Shown: positions 40,422-55,678 of the stretch, in pieces
Position numbering within the stretch: position 1 is the stretch's first letter
Layout: the number at the start of each line of letters is the position of its first letter
NCBI GenBank assembly: GCA_000004695.1
Contig: CM000153.2
Location: forward strand, 1,824,001 to 1,888,000
Origin: Dictyostelium discoideum
Taxonomy: Eukaryota
Reading direction: 5' to 3'
DNA: 64,000 nt
Position numbers and translations under genes: made by a program
The notes under the pieces: generated by a model
The model's input: the letters and a program-made list of their open reading frames with translations, nothing else
Told to the model about the DNA's origin: nothing
The model's database searches: none

Positions 40422-40683
40422 ATAAATAAAAATAATAAAAATAAAAAAAAATTATTATTTCTGTAAATAATTTATAAAAATGTGTATATATTGTTTTTTT
40501 TTTTATTTATTTATTTAATTTTTTAATTTTTAAATTTTTTAATTTTTTATTTAATTATTTAATTATTTAATTATTTAATTATTTTTTTTTAATTATTTAT
40601 TTATTTATTTATTTTATTTCTCTTTTATTTCTTTTTTTTTATTTTTTTTTCTATTTTTTCTAACCTACTCTTAAATCAAGAAG

Positions 40684-40716
<33 letters not shown>

Positions 40717-41072
40717 GTTTTTTCAAGCAATTTTTGTTGTTAGAGTGAAAAATTAGGTTTTAAAATTTTTTAAAAAAAATAATTTAAATAATTTTTTATT
40801 ATTATTTTTATTTTTTTTTTTTATTTTTTTTTTTCAAATTTTTTTTTTTATTAAATAGTTTTAAAACACATTTTTTTTTTTTTTTGTTTTTTTTCTTCAT
40901 AATAATATCTTTTTTATTTTATTTTTATTTTATTTGTATATATTAAAAGTTTATTTATTTTTTTTTTTTTTTATTTTTTTTTTTTTAGAAATTAAAACAA
41001 ATACTTTGGACGATTCATAAAAACCAAAAAAAAAAAAAAAGAAAACCAAAAAAAAATCCAATACAACTAATA

Positions 41073-42634
41073 ATGGGTGATGTTAATTTCTTACAAAAAG
41101 CAATTCAAATTGTTCAACAAGCAACAGAACAAGATAATGCAAAAAATTATGCAGAAGCACATAGATTATATATCCAAAGTTTAGAATGGTTTACAACAGC
41201 TTTAAAATGTTTGTATTAACCTTTCTTCTTCTTCTTCTCTTCTTTCTTCCTTTCTTATTATTTATTGTTTTTTTTTAAAATATTAATTTTTTATTTTTAA
41301 ACTTTTAAAAGATGAAAAAAGCGAAAGATCAAAAGCAACAATTAAAGCAAAAACATTAGAATATCTTCAAAGAGCAGAACAATTAAAAGAATATTTAGAT
41401 AAATCAAAGAATAAGAAACCAGTAGCAGTTGGTGGTAATAAAAGTAATAGTGCTGGTAGTGCAAATGGTGCAGGTAAATCAGCAAAAGAGGATGATGAAG
41501 ATATGGATCCAGAGGATAAAAAAAGAAATGATTCTTTATCCTCTTCAATTGTAACAACAAAACCAAATGTTAAATGGGATGATGTAGCTGGTTTATATCA
41601 AGCAAAAGAATACTTAAAAGAAGCTGTTATCTTTCCAATTAAATTTCCACAAATGTTTACAGGTAATAGAAAACCATGGAAAGGTATTTTATTATATGGT
41701 GTAAGTAAATTTAAAATATTTAAATATATATATATATATATATATATGAAATAAACATGAAATAAACATGAAATAAATAAATTATTAACTAATTTATTAT
41801 TACTACTATTTATTTATAAATTAGCCACCAGGTACAGGTAAATCATATTTAGCAAAAGCAGTTGCAACAGAAATTTCATCAACATTTTTTTCAATTTCAC
41901 CATCAGATATTGTTACCAAATGGTTAGGTGATAGTGAAAAATTGGTGAAACAATTGTTTGAGATGGCAAGGGAAAAGAATAATAGTGTAATTTTTATTGA
42001 TGAAGTTGATTCTTTATGTTCATCACGTAATGATCAAGAATCTGAATCAGCAAGACGTATAAAGACAGAGTTTCTCATTCAAATGAATGGTGTTGGTAAT
42101 GATTCCGATGGTATATTGGTATTGGCAGCAACAAATATTCCATGGGGTTTGGATTTAGCAATTCGTAGACGTTTTGAAAAGAGAATATATATCGGTTTAC
42201 CAGAACCACAAGCAAGAGCCAAAATGTTTCAAATTCATATTGGTTCAACTCCAAATACATTAGTTCAAGCAGATTATAAAAAGTTGGCAGATTTAACCGA
42301 GGGTTACTCGGGTTCAGATATTGGTTCATTGGTAAAGGATGCAATTATGCAACCAGTTCGTGCAGTTCAATGTGCAACTCATTTCAAACAAATTAGAGCA
42401 CCCTCTAGAGAGGATCCTTCAGTTATGACCGATTATGTCACACCTTGTTCACCTGGTGATCCATTGGCTCAAGAGATGACTTGGATGGATATTGACCCAA
42501 CTAAATTAAAAGAACCTGAAATTACAATCGCCGATTGTTTAAAGAGTTTAAGAGTTATTAAACCATCTGTTAATAAAGCTGATTTAGATAGATATGTTGA
42601 ATTCACTAATGATTTTGGGCAAGATGGTGTATAA
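41073..42634 (+). CDS. vps4: Vacuolar protein sorting-associated protein 4 (Vps4/SKD1 AAA-ATPase, ESCRT-III disassembly)
   Basis: Exons are 41073..41208 (MIT-domain start [45 protein letters not shown]; phase 1, donor GTTTGT), 41312..41700 ([29 protein letters not shown]…[45 protein letters not shown]; donor GTAAGT) and 41826..42634 ([16 protein letters not shown] Walker A, …[11 protein letters not shown]…, C-terminal Vps4_C segment …DFGQDGV*). Near-colinear with yeast and human Vps4 by eye. Confidence 0.85.
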
Positions 42635-42925
42635 TAAAATTAAAAAAAAAAAAAAAAAGAAGAAACTTTTTTTTTTTTTTGTATCTTTTAAAATTTTAGA
42701 ACAATGTAAAAAAAAAAAAAAAAAAAAAACAAAACAAAAACAAATAAAAAAAATAATAAAAACAAATAAAATAATAATAACTTTTTTTTAATTAATAATT
42801 TTAGAAAATTAATCTTTTTTTTTAGTTTTTTTTTTTTTCGTTTTATAAATAACTTTTTTTTTATTAATATATATATAACTATAATTTATAATTTTTCTTT
42901 TTTTTATTTTTTTTTTTTTTTTTTC

Positions 42926-44766
42926 CTATAAAGTAACATCATTATCAAAAGAAAATGAGAAATTATCAATTTCATTCTTTGAAAATTCATAACTAAAAAT
43001 ACTTTTTGGGATATTACATTTTGAAATTAATTTTGAAATTTTATTCATATTTTCATGGTAAATTATTTTTGATAAAACACCTTTATCACCTAATATAGAT
43101 TTCGATATGAAAAGTGTAGTTTTTAATAAAAATGTTGGATGTACAATATTAAAATCTTTTAAATAATTATTATACCTAAAATTAATTAATTAATTATAAA
43201 AAAAACAAAAAAAAAAAAAATTAATTATTATTATTTTTTTATTTTATTTTATATTTATATATTTATTTATAAAATAAAATAAAAAAAAAAAAAGAAAAAA
43301 AAAACTTACTTTAATTCAAAAATTTCTAATAATTTTTTTAACCAAGATAAATCTGGAGATTGTTGAGATGACATATTTGAATGAAAATAAATTATTGAAA
43401 AATTACCTCTTTGAATGGTTTGTTCTAAAACTCTAATTAGGTAAAGTAAAACTTGATCATATAAATCTTTTCTAGAATTTAATTGTGAACCAATGATAAC
43501 TACTATTGGTCTATTTTGATCATCAGTTGTTTGAAGAGTGAAATTTAAACGAGATACATCTGATAAATCTTCAACCTTTGATCTCGTTAATAATGTTTGA
43601 AATTGTGCTTTCAATTTTTCATTTTCAATTTGTTTTTCAGATTTCTTTGAAAATTGTCTTCTCTTTTCAATATCTGGATCCTCTCTTTTTAACATGAATG
43701 AATCATTATCCATAGTTGCGTCATATGGTGATGAACTAAAATTTGATGAAAATGGATTCAATATCTTATCAATTGAATCATATTTATAATTATTAAATTC
43801 ATTTTTATTATTTTTTTGAATAATATCAATATTATTACTACTACTATTATTATTATTACTATTATTATTATTACTATTATTATTATTTACATTATTTACA
43901 TTATTATTATTATTATTATTGTTACTATAAAAACAATTATAATCTTCAGGTTCTCTTATAATTGTTGATGGTGTTTCAATAATTCTAATTTTTCTACTTT
44001 CTACAATTGCTTCACCATTTTCATCACCAACATCTTTTGGTAATGATATTTGAGAGAATTTAAGTTCTTGTTGATTTCTTGGAAAATAGATTGGTAACAT
44101 TTGTTCATATAGTCTTAAATCTTCAAAAGTATTGATAGCTAGAATTACTTTTTCAAATGATTTACTAAATGGTTTTTCTAAAAATCTACGAATTGTACGT
44201 AATGCTATATGACAACCACCAACTGATGGAAATTGTCTCTTTTCAGAATGAAGTGTTGAGAATGAGATTGATTTGGATTTTACATCCATTGATAAATGAA
44301 ATGCCGATCTGTAACAACTATTGAGTGCATTCTCTGCCGCTGATAAATATTTTGGATTATATGTTGGACAAACTGTATGAACCACAAATCTCGATGGTAA
44401 ATTGCCGCCTGATGTTATGATGGACTCACCATATCTGCATTCACCATTCTTTTGAATATCATTCATCATTTCGCTACCGCCATATTTAAAGATTTTGTCA
44501 GAGATGGTGTCACTTTCTGTCAATGTTTTACTATTACTATAAACTATTGTATCAGTATTTAAATTACAAATATCTCCCATCCATAAACAAATTCTTGAGT
44601 TAATTTCTGTATCAATTTTGAATTGTATTGGACCATTAATATGAAAATTTTCAATTGGTACTTTATCTTTATCATTCACTAAATTCTTTTCATCAAATTC
44701 AGTTTGATCCCATGTTTTAATTTCTTTATAATCAATTTTACCACTAAAAATTGGTGTGGTTGTCAT
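42926..44766 (-). CDS. GDAP2-like protein: macro (ADP-ribose-binding) domain plus C-terminal CRAL-TRIO/Sec14-like domain; two exons
   Basis: Exon 1 is 43310..44766 (AAAAAAATG; MTTTPIFSGKIDY…RICLWMGDICNLNTDTIVYSNSKTL…GGSEMMNDIQKNGECRYGESIITSGGNLPSRFVVHTVCP, macro-like; …RPIVVIIGSQLNS…LSWLKKLLEIFEL, CRAL-TRIO-like; phase 2, donor GTAAGT). A 134-nt intron precedes exon 2 at 42926..43175 (K-YNNYLKDFNIVHPTFLLKTTLFISK…DNDVTL*). About 568 aa. Confidence 0.65.
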
Positions 44767-45032
44767 TTTTTTATAATATGAAAAAAAATTTTTTGTGTGT
44801 TATTTTTATTTTTTTTATTTTTTTTTTTAAAAAAAAAAAAAAAAGATCAAATGATTTTCTTTGCTTTGGTTTCAAAATAAATTTTTTTTTAAAAAAATAA
44901 AAAAAAAAAAAAAAAATAAAATTAAAAATAAAAAAAATAAAAATAAATATAAAAAAAAAAAAACGAGATAACATGGAATTAAAAAAATCTCAAGATAAAT
45001 TAATAAATTAAATTAATTATTAAATATGGTCC

Positions 45033-45065
<33 letters not shown>

Positions 45066-45210
45066 TTTTTTTTTTTTATAAATCTAGATTAATTTTTTTG
45101 GGTTTCCTTTGCTAAAAAATTTTATTTTGAAATTTAATGAAATATTTAATGAAAATTCATTACCCCCAAAACACATATGTGTTTACAATATGTATTAATT
45201 TTTTGTTTAA

Positions 45211-45276
45211 AAATAAAAATAAAAATAAAAATAAAAATAAAAATAAAAATAAAAATAAAAATAAAAATAAAAAAAA
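45211..45276. repeat. (AAAAAT)n hexanucleotide minisatellite (~11 units) in the divergent promoter region between the GDAP2-like and SDR genes
   Basis: Seen directly as aaaaataaaaataaaaat…. Confidence 0.7.
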
Positions 45277-45346
45277 TTAAATAAAATATAAAAAGGTGAG
45301 TAAAGAAAAAAAAAAAAAAAAAATATTAATATTTATTGTTTATATC

Positions 45347-45379
<33 letters not shown>

Positions 45380-45384
45380 CAATT

Positions 45385-46278
45385 ATGGATTATTCAAAAA
45401 AATTATGTGTAATCACTGGTGCATCATCTGGATTTGGTGAAGCATTGGCCAAAATTTTATCTAAAAGTGGATATAGTTTATTACTTTTAGCTAGAAGAAT
45501 TGAAAAAATGCAAGAATTTAATCTACCAAATTGTATTTGCCAAAAAGTTGATGTTACAAATTATGATGAATTTGAAAAAGCTGTCAGAGAAGCAGAATCA
45601 TTTTTTGGTTGTAAAACTGATTTAATGGTCAATAATGGTAATCATTATTTTATCTCCGCTTTTTTTTTTTTTTTTTATTTTTTATTTTTTTTTTTTTTTT
45701 TTATTTTTTTTTTTTCTCTAATCTTCCATAAATAATTTAATTAAATTTTAATAATATAATCACAATTATTTATATAAAAATAAAATTCATAAATAGCTGG
45801 CGTTATGTTATTAGGACATATTTGGGAGCAAGATATGAAAGATTGGGATAAAACATTGGATGTAAATGTTAAAGGTGTATTACATGGATGTAGAATAGTT
45901 TTAAAGGATATGATGGATAGAAATGGTGGAACAATTATTAATGTTTCATCAATTGCAGGTTTGGATCCTTATGAATTACATTCAGTCTATGGTGCATCTA
46001 AATATGGTGTTCATTGTATCTCAAATACAATTAGAAAAGAAGTTGCTCAAAAAAATGTAAGAGTAATGATAATTTCACCTGGTATTGCTGAAACTGAATT
46101 ACTATCACATAATAAATCCAATGAAAAAGTTTTCAACACATATAATAGTTGGAAAGATACATTAAAAGGTCAATCAATGAATCCATACAATGTTGCAAAT
46201 TCAATTAAATTTATGTATGAAATGCCTCAAGAAATTACAATTCGTGACTTGATTATTTGTCCAACTAAACAAGAATAA
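45385..46278 (+). CDS. Short-chain dehydrogenase/reductase (classical SDR), two exons
   Basis: Exon 1 is 45385..45637 (MDYSKKLCVITGASSGFGEALAK… with TGxxxGxG Rossmann motif; ends …MVNN-G phase 1, donor GTAATC). A 159-nt intron ends AAATAG at 45796. Exon 2 is 45797..46278. The junction regenerates the NNAG motif (NNAGVMLLG), followed by the catalytic S…YGASKYG (YxxxK). About 244 aa. Confidence 0.8.
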
Positions 46279-46804
46279 AATTCGAGTGTTCTATACAAAT
46301 AAAAAAAACAAAAAAAAAAAAATTTAGTTTTAAAAAAATAAATATTTAAAAAAAAGGTGGTGTTAGACGTTAAGATATTTTCATTCCAGACTACCCCTTT
46401 GATAGAATTTAAAAACCAATTTAATAATGATAAAATTTAAAAACCAATTCAATAAAAAAAAAAAATAAATAAGTGGAGGGAATAAATAATTTATTAATTT
46501 TTTTTTTTTCCCAAATCGGATTAAATTTAACCATTTTGATTTTTCCATTTTTTTTTTTTTAATATTATTTTTTAACACATAATTGATTTGTATCAAAAAA
46601 AAAAAAAAAAAGTACTATTTAAATTAATAAAATTATTAATATCAAAAAAAAAATAATAATACTATTAAAATTAATAAAATTATTTATTTAGTTTTCTTTG
46701 TTTTTTTTTTATTTTTGTTTTACATTTATATAATTATATTTATATATAATTAATAATAAATAAATTTTTTTTTATTTTTTTATTTTATTTTATTTTTTAA
46801 TAAA

Positions 46805-47835
46805 TTATTTTTGATTCTTTTTATCTTCTTTTTTTAATTTTTCATCTTTTTTTAATTTTTCATCTTTTTCTTTTTTTTGTTTTCTTTGATTATCTTCTAT
46901 GAGGGCTTTATATTTTTTAGCTTCTTCAAGATTACCCATTTTTAAATGTTTGATATCATCACGACGACCACTATCGGTTGGAAGTGTTGTTTCAGGATCA
47001 CGATAGATTACACCATGTGGTATCATTCTAATATTCCAATATTCGACTTGATCAATTAAGAAAGAGGTTAACCAAGTACCTTCCATTTTGCATAATACAT
47101 CATCAGGGTTGATTTTATCACAATTTCCGTCTTTGATTTTGTTATTGTTAATTCTAAATATTCTACCATCGATTGTATCACATGGAGTTTTTTGTTTTGA
47201 AAAGAAACTTTTAACGAAACCTAATGCATTTGGGTTGAAAATCAACTCACAAGCCAAATCATTCTTTTCATCAGTGAATAGCATTTTACCGCAAAATTCA
47301 GTGACCCTATCACCCCAAAATATACCCTTGATTAAAACATCAGGATATGTGAATGCTATATTTGTACCATCGGCAAACTCAATATTATGGGGACCCTTTA
47401 AACAACCCTTGACTACATTACCACGACAACCAGCTGACCAAATGAAATGACCAGTGTACTTGTATTTACCATCTTTTTCCAATAGTTTCCAACTTGAAAT
47501 TGGTGGATGATGTGAAATCTGTTCACAAAATGCACTTGATCCATCGGCTAAATCACATTCAAACGTTTCACCTAGCAATGGATTAAATGGTTTAGCAATT
47601 GTAGTTGTCAAATGTAACCCAGATACAACAAATGATGCAACCATTTTCATTCTTTCAATTGGATCATTGGTTTCAGCTGCTGCCTTTAAATATAATGGAC
47701 CAAATGCCATTGTATCCGTAACTTTCTCTAAAAATGATCTTGCTTCAAATAATTCAATTGGTAAACATGTGCTTGTTAATTCTTTACCTTCAATAATACT
47801 ATTACCCACACTTTTAACTAATGACCAACAAACTC

Positions 47836-47879
<44 letters not shown>

Positions 47880-48189
47880 TTATATTTTTATATTTTTATA
47901 TTTTTAATTATAAATTAATTAAAATAATTATTTACCCTCTTTGTTTTTTTAATTCAATATCATCAACAAATTTCCAACCACCATTTGAATGTCTTGAATT
48001 TTGTCTAAAAATTTTATCTTGTAATTCTTTACCATTTCCTTTACCACTAAAACTATAGCATTGTGATAAAATTGGTATTGATTTAATGTTTGTATTATTT
48101 GTTGTTGAGGAAGAAATAGAAGAAGAAGAAGATGAAGGAGATAGTGGCATTTTAATTTCACCACTTGTAGTAATAGATTGAACTTCTGT

Positions 48190-48192
<3 letters not shown>
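46805..48192 (-). CDS. Oxysterol-binding protein (OSBP/ORP) family member, short ORD-only type; two exons
   Basis: Exon 1 is 47936..48192 (MTEVQSITTSGEIKMPLSPSSSSSS…KFVDDIELKKQR-G, phase 2), with donor GTAAAT at 47935. A 101-nt intron is closed by a poly-T acceptor. Exon 2 is 46805..47834 (VCWSLVKSVGNSIIEGKELTS…CEQISHHPPISSWKL… = canonical OSBP fingerprint EQVSHHPP; K/E-rich C-terminal tail). The ORF-track 'M' at 47809 is a GTG. About 428 aa. Confidence 0.75.
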
Positions 48193-48225
<33 letters not shown>

Positions 48226-48490
48226 TGTACAATTTGAAATTATTTATTTATTTATTTTTTTTGAATTATTTCTTGATTTTTTGATTTTATTATATTAATT
48301 ATTAATATTGATAAATATATATATATATATAATTCGGAAAATTAACACAAAAAAAACAAAAAAAATAAGATAATTAAATAATTTTTCACAAAAAATTTAA
48401 TTCCATTAAAAACCAAAAAAAAAAAATTAAATTTAAATTTAAATAAAAAGGAATTTAATATATTAATTATTATAAAAAAAAAAATAATAA

Positions 48491-48528
<38 letters not shown>

Positions 48529-49266
48529 AAATTAATAAAAAAACAAAACAAAAAAAAACAATAAATCCTTATCTGGGTGTGTTTTTAAATTTAAATTATT
48601 TAAAATAATATATAATAAATAAATAACGGTGAGTGTGGTTGTGGGAAGGGTGAATACAAAAATTGAAAAATAAAAAAATAAAAAAAAAATTTAAATTATA
48701 TATTAAAATGGTTACAACCACAAATAATGCTTAGTTTTATAAATATATTTTTTTTTTTTTTTTAGATATTTAAGATTTTTTTTTTAAAAATATAAAAATT
48801 TAAAATTATTATTATTATTTTTATATATATTTTAGAGTTGAATTGAAATTGAAATTGAAATTATTTTATAAAATAAAAGTACAAATAAAAAAATGAAATT
48901 GAAAATGAAATTATTTTATTTAAATATTTATAATTATTAAAAAATAAAAAAAAAAAAAGAAAAAAAAAAAAATAGAAATTAAAACATATTTTAAAATTAT
49001 ATTTTTTTAATATGATTTTTTTAAAAAATATTTTAAATAATTAATATGAGTATTTATGAACCTTTTTTCAAAGTTTGAGGTAACCTCAGTTTTAGGATTT
49101 TCGTTAATTAAAAGGTTTTTTTTATTGGTTACATGATAATATTAAATTTTATTGTTTATAATTTTTAAAAAATCATAAAAAAAAGATTCAATCTCAAGTG
49201 TCACAATTTTAGGGTTTTTATTTGGTACAACATCATAACCCCTCTGCCATACAACCATTATAATTT

Positions 49267-49307
<41 letters not shown>

Positions 49308-49433
49308 AAATTTTAATTTTAAATTTTAAATTTTAATTTTTTTTTTTAATAACAATATCAAAAAGACTAAAATAACTTCTTTTTTTTTTTGTTTTATTTT
49401 TAATTTTTTTTTTTTTTTGTTTGTTTTTTTTTT

Positions 49434-49483
<50 letters not shown>

Positions 49484-49788
49484 ATTTAATACTAAAAAAA
49501 AAAATTAATATTAGTTTTTTTTTTTATTGGATATTGTTATTGTTTTTTACAATTAATTAAATTAATATTTTGTAAAATAATTATTTCAATTTGAAATTTG
49601 TAAAAATATTATTTCTTAGGATCTAATTTTCTTGGGATAATAATATTAAATTTGTGTTTGATTTCCAATTTTTAGGAATAAATAATTTTTTTTTTATTTT
49701 TTTATTTTTTTATTTTTTTTTTTTTTTTGGAATTTCCAAAATTTTTTTTTTAATTTTTTTTTTTTTATTATTTTATTTATTCACCCAA

Positions 49789-51934
<2,146 letters not shown>

Positions 51935-52302
51935 ATATTTATTAAAAAAATATTATAGAAACAAAATTTTATTCTTTTTTTATTTTTTTTTATTTTTTTT
52001 ATTTTTATTTTTATTTTCTATTTTTAGTTTTATTTTTATTTTTTATTTTTTATTTTTTTTTAAGTTATGTGGTTGGAATGCCCTTTGGGTCTTTTTTTTT
52101 TTATTACCAGAGAATAAATAAATTGACCCCCCAACACACAATTTATTTTTTTTAATTTTTTTTTTTTTTTTTTTTGTTCTATTAATTAATTTTTTTTTAA
52201 ACTGATTGTTGGTTTTTTAATTTTTTTTATTTTTTTTTATTTTTTTTATTAATATAAATATTTATAGATAATTAAATTATTTATTTAAATAATAAAAAAA
52301 AA

Positions 52303-54098
52303 ATGATAATTTTTAAAAATTTATTAAAATTATTAATAATTTTATTAACAATAAAATTATATTTTTGTATTGAAATTAAAAGAGAAGAACATTTAACAAT
52401 TTTAAATGAATTAAATGAAAATAGTGATGTGATTCAATATTCAATTTTACCAGGTAATAATGAAGAATATGAAATTGTTAAAGGTATTCAAGAAGATGCA
52501 ATAGTTTATGGATATTATATGTCAAATGTTGAAGTCAATGGTTGGGCTTATTTATCATTAGTATCAAATGATAAATACAATGATTCAACACAGTCAAGAG
52601 CATTTGGTTATTTAGAAGGTTATTTAACAAAAGATTTAATTTGGAATTCAAAAGTGAATTATTATAAAAATGCATTCAACTCTTCAGAAATTCCAAATAA
52701 ACTTGATGATTGGTTAACTGAGAATATTGAAAGTATTCACACATTCATTGTAAATAATAGAAAAAGTCGATATTGGAATCAGATTACATTGGTTATGGAC
52801 CAGATTAACGGCATGCTCGATGGGTACAATGAGGCAAACACGAATTCCAGCGAGACGTTATCATTGCATGATTTTTTTGTGTTGAATATGTTTGGCGATT
52901 TATTCGATTTAATGCCTGCTTTAAATTTGGATAAAGAGTATAAATATTTCCAAAAGGATTTAAACGATATTCAAGACTGGTTTAAAAGATCCCAACATTG
53001 TTCTGCATTGATTAAAGTGTCAAGCGACTACTCTGAATTATATTCCGGCCATACTACATGGAGTGGGTATTATACAATGTTGAGAATATTCAAGAGTTAT
53101 AACCAACAATTCTCATCAGATGTTTCAGGTACACTTTCGAAAAGAAATATTTTCAGTAGTTATCCTGGTGCTTTAATTAGTGTTGATGATTTCTATTTAT
53201 TGGGTGATACTAGAATGGTTGTAATTGAAACCACAAACTCTCTAGTCACCAATGACCTCTACCATTTAATTAGACCAACTACTGTTTTATCTTGGATGAG
53301 AGTCATAGTTTCAAATAGAATGAGTACAAATGGTAAAGAATGGTGTGAAAATTTCCAACGTTATAATTCTGGTACTTATAATAATCAATGGATGATTGTA
53401 AGTTATAATTTATTCGTCCCATATAATGAATTAAAAGATGGTGCGCTTTATGTTTTAGAACAAATTCCAGGTTATATTGAATTGTAATTATTTATTATTG
53501 TTTTTATTTTTTTTTTTTAAATTTCTTTTTAAAAATTATATATTAATTTTTTATTTTTTTTTGAAAAAGTTCTGATCAAACTCAAGCATTAAGACAAGGT
53601 TGGTGGAATTCATATAATATACCATTTTATGAAACAATTTATGATGCATCGGGTTATAATAATTATACTGCTAATAATTATAGTGATAGTACAATTTATT
53701 ATATGTCTTATCAAACTTGTCCAAGAGCTGAAATATTTAGAAATTTCGCAGGTTATGTTGAATCACTTGAAGATTTCCAATCATTATTAAGATATAATGA
53801 TTTTGAATATGATCCACTTTCACATAAACTTCCATTCTATGCCATAGCATCACGTTACGACCTTTCAAAAAAGAATCCTTCTCCATTTGGTGCAACTGAT
53901 ACAAAAGTAACTTGTAACTCTATGATTGATCAAAATACAATTGTCGCAATTAGTGGTCCAACTACATCAAATGGTCAGCCAATATTTGAATGGAATTCAA
54001 AAATTGATTTTATGGAGTCAACTTCACATTTAGGTTGCCCTGAAAAATATAATTTCCCATGGGTATCTTTCTCAGATACAACTTTTAGAAATCTTTAA
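52303..54098 (+). CDS. Phospholipase B-like (PLBD/LAMA family) secreted protein, two exons
   Basis: Signal-anchor start MIIFKNLLKLLIILLTIKLYFC. Exon 1 is 52303..53483 (…YNNQWMIVSYNLFVPYNELKDGALYVLEQIPGYIE, phase 2; donor TT|GTAATT). An 86-nt intron precedes exon 2 at 53570..54098 (F-SDQTQALRQGWWNSYNIPFYETIYDASGY…CPRAEIFRNFAGYVESLEDFQSLLRYNDFEYDPLS…GPTTSNGQPIFEWNS…). The NQWMIV, GYWNSYNIPF and CPRAEIFRR-like blocks are characteristic of PLB-like proteins. About 569 aa. Confidence 0.75.
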
Positions 54099-54262
54099 TA
54101 TAAATAGTTTTTTAAAAAAAATAAAAAAAAATAAATCACACAGTATATATACATAAAATTTAGTTAGTTCTTTCCCATTCATAATCGATTTACTTTTTTA
54201 TCATTTTCAAAATTGTATTTAATACACTAACATTTCATTGTTAAAAACAAAATTTTCTATTA

Positions 54263-54436
54263 TAAACAAATTTTTTTATTAAAAACTTTTTTTTTTAATT
54301 GAATGCTCAATCCATTTTTATTTTTTTTTTGAATTGGATAACGCAATTATTATTTGCTTCTCCTTGTGATGCTAGATCTCATTTTATTTTATTTTTTTTT
54401 TTTTTTTACAGGGTCTCTAAAAGAGGGGTTGGTTTA

Positions 54437-54484
<48 letters not shown>

Positions 54485-54775
54485 TTTCGAATTTTGAATG
54501 TATTATTACTTTTGATTAAAACATCTTTTTTGTTCAAACTTTTTTCTAAATCTTTTTTTATTTTATCGTCTGGTTCGTGATTGATGTTTATGACGTATTT
54601 GAATTGTTTTTTTTTTAATTGAGTTTTATCCACAATTTCGCTTATTTTTTGTAGGCATTTGTGTTGCTTAATATTTGTGGTGTTGTTTGTGATTTTCATT
54701 TTATTTTCTTTCTATTTTTTTTATTTTTCTTTAAAAAGTTAAAAATCTGGAAATTTTCTGATTAACTTGGGTTCC

Positions 54776-54837
<62 letters not shown>

Positions 54838-55522
54838 TTATTTATAGAAAGTACTGAGTGAATTATTGTATTTTTTGAGATGTTTAGGAAGTTCTATTGC
54901 GTGGAGAGGTGAGTTCCATTGTCTGCTAAATTGTAATAGCTTTAGCGAGATTAGTGAGTCTAATTTATTTTGTTCTTCTGGCCGTTGCTTTGATTTGATT
55001 CTTAATGTTTTGTTTATAACCGCTTGTGTCCTGTCCCATGCAGCTCTTTGTGTTTTAATTAGTTCACGTATGACTTGTTGTCTGTGAATTATTATTTCTT
55101 TTTCATCGTGAATGAGTTTATTTCTTTTGTGCCAGATTTTTTCGAATATAATAGCTATTAAATTGGCGACTAGTGCAATTTGTAGATGGTTTAAAATCTT
55201 CACATTCCAGGTGTGAGTGGTGTGTCCACACTTAGTTAGGGTGTAGTTGAAGATTTCTTGTGTGTTTTTGATGTGGGCTTTGCAGTTGAAGAATATATGT
55301 TCTGAAGTCTCATCTTCCCCACACTGTTGGCATGGCATGTTGTATTTTTTTGGTAGTGCTTTCAGTGTGTATCTCCATAATAGATCTCTACCTTTCATGT
55401 TTATTATTTTTTTGATTTCTTTAAATGGAAGGTGTTTGCTATTAATTTTGGTCATTATTTCTTTTTGGCCAGGAGTTGGTATGAATTTGTTGTGTTCAGG
55501 AGATTGAGTTGTCATCATTTTT
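54263..55522 (-). mobile_element. 5'-truncated non-LTR (TRE5-type, tRNA-gene-targeted) retroelement fragment: ORF2 C-terminal region with Cys/His zinc-knuckle, followed in the minus sense by A-tracts and short 3' modules
   Basis: Minus-strand ORF 54838..55533 (…LPKKYNMPCQQCGEDETSEHIFFNCKAHIKNTQ… = CX2C…HX4C-type motif typical of non-LTR ORF2 C-termini; also has a higher-GC, coding-like composition). Plus-strand poly-T runs at 54781-54836 and 54431-54484 are poly-A in the element sense, separating about 296-nt and about 130-nt 3' modules. The insertion is bounded by a 22-bp direct repeat (ttaaaaacaaaattttctatta at 54241-54262 and 55524-55545). The right junction lies about 44 bp upstream of tRNA-Ile, the canonical TRE5 position (about 48 bp). 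Confidence 0.55.
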
Positions 55523-55565
55523 ATTAAAAACAAAATTTTCTATTAAAAAAAAAAATCCATCGAAA

Positions 55566-55638
55566 GCTCGATTAGCTCAGTCGGCAGAGCGTGGTGCTAA
55601 TAACGCCACGGTCGCAGGTTCGATCCCTGCATCGAGCA
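55566..55638 (+). tRNA. tRNA-Ile (anticodon AAT/AAU), 73 nt, no intron
   Basis: Clean cloverleaf by hand. Acceptor stem GCTCGAT/ATCGAGC (7 bp). D-arm GCTC-AGTCGGCA-GAGC. Anticodon stem TGGTG/CGCCA with loop CTAATAA (anticodon AAT). Variable loop CGGTC. T-arm GCAGG-TTCGATC-CCTGC. Discriminator A. A-box and B-box (GGTTCGATCC) are present. Confidence 0.85.
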
Positions 55639-55667
55639 AGTTTTTACATGATGTTTACACATATCGC

Positions 55668-55678
55668 AGGTTCGACTC
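55668..55678 (+). promoter_or_regulatory. ex-B box (extra, downstream copy of the tRNA B-box) about 30 nt 3' of tRNA-Ile
   Basis: GGTTCGACTCC at 55668-55678 duplicates the internal B-box GGTTCGATCC. Downstream ex-B boxes are a known feature of Dictyostelium tRNA genes and the landmark used by TRE3-type elements. Confidence 0.5.

Noticed and set aside
46381-46596. Minus-strand 71-aa ORF between the SDR and OSBP genes
   Set aside because: It is AT-rich with poly-K/F, lies in the 3' UTRs of two convergent genes, and has no coding signal.
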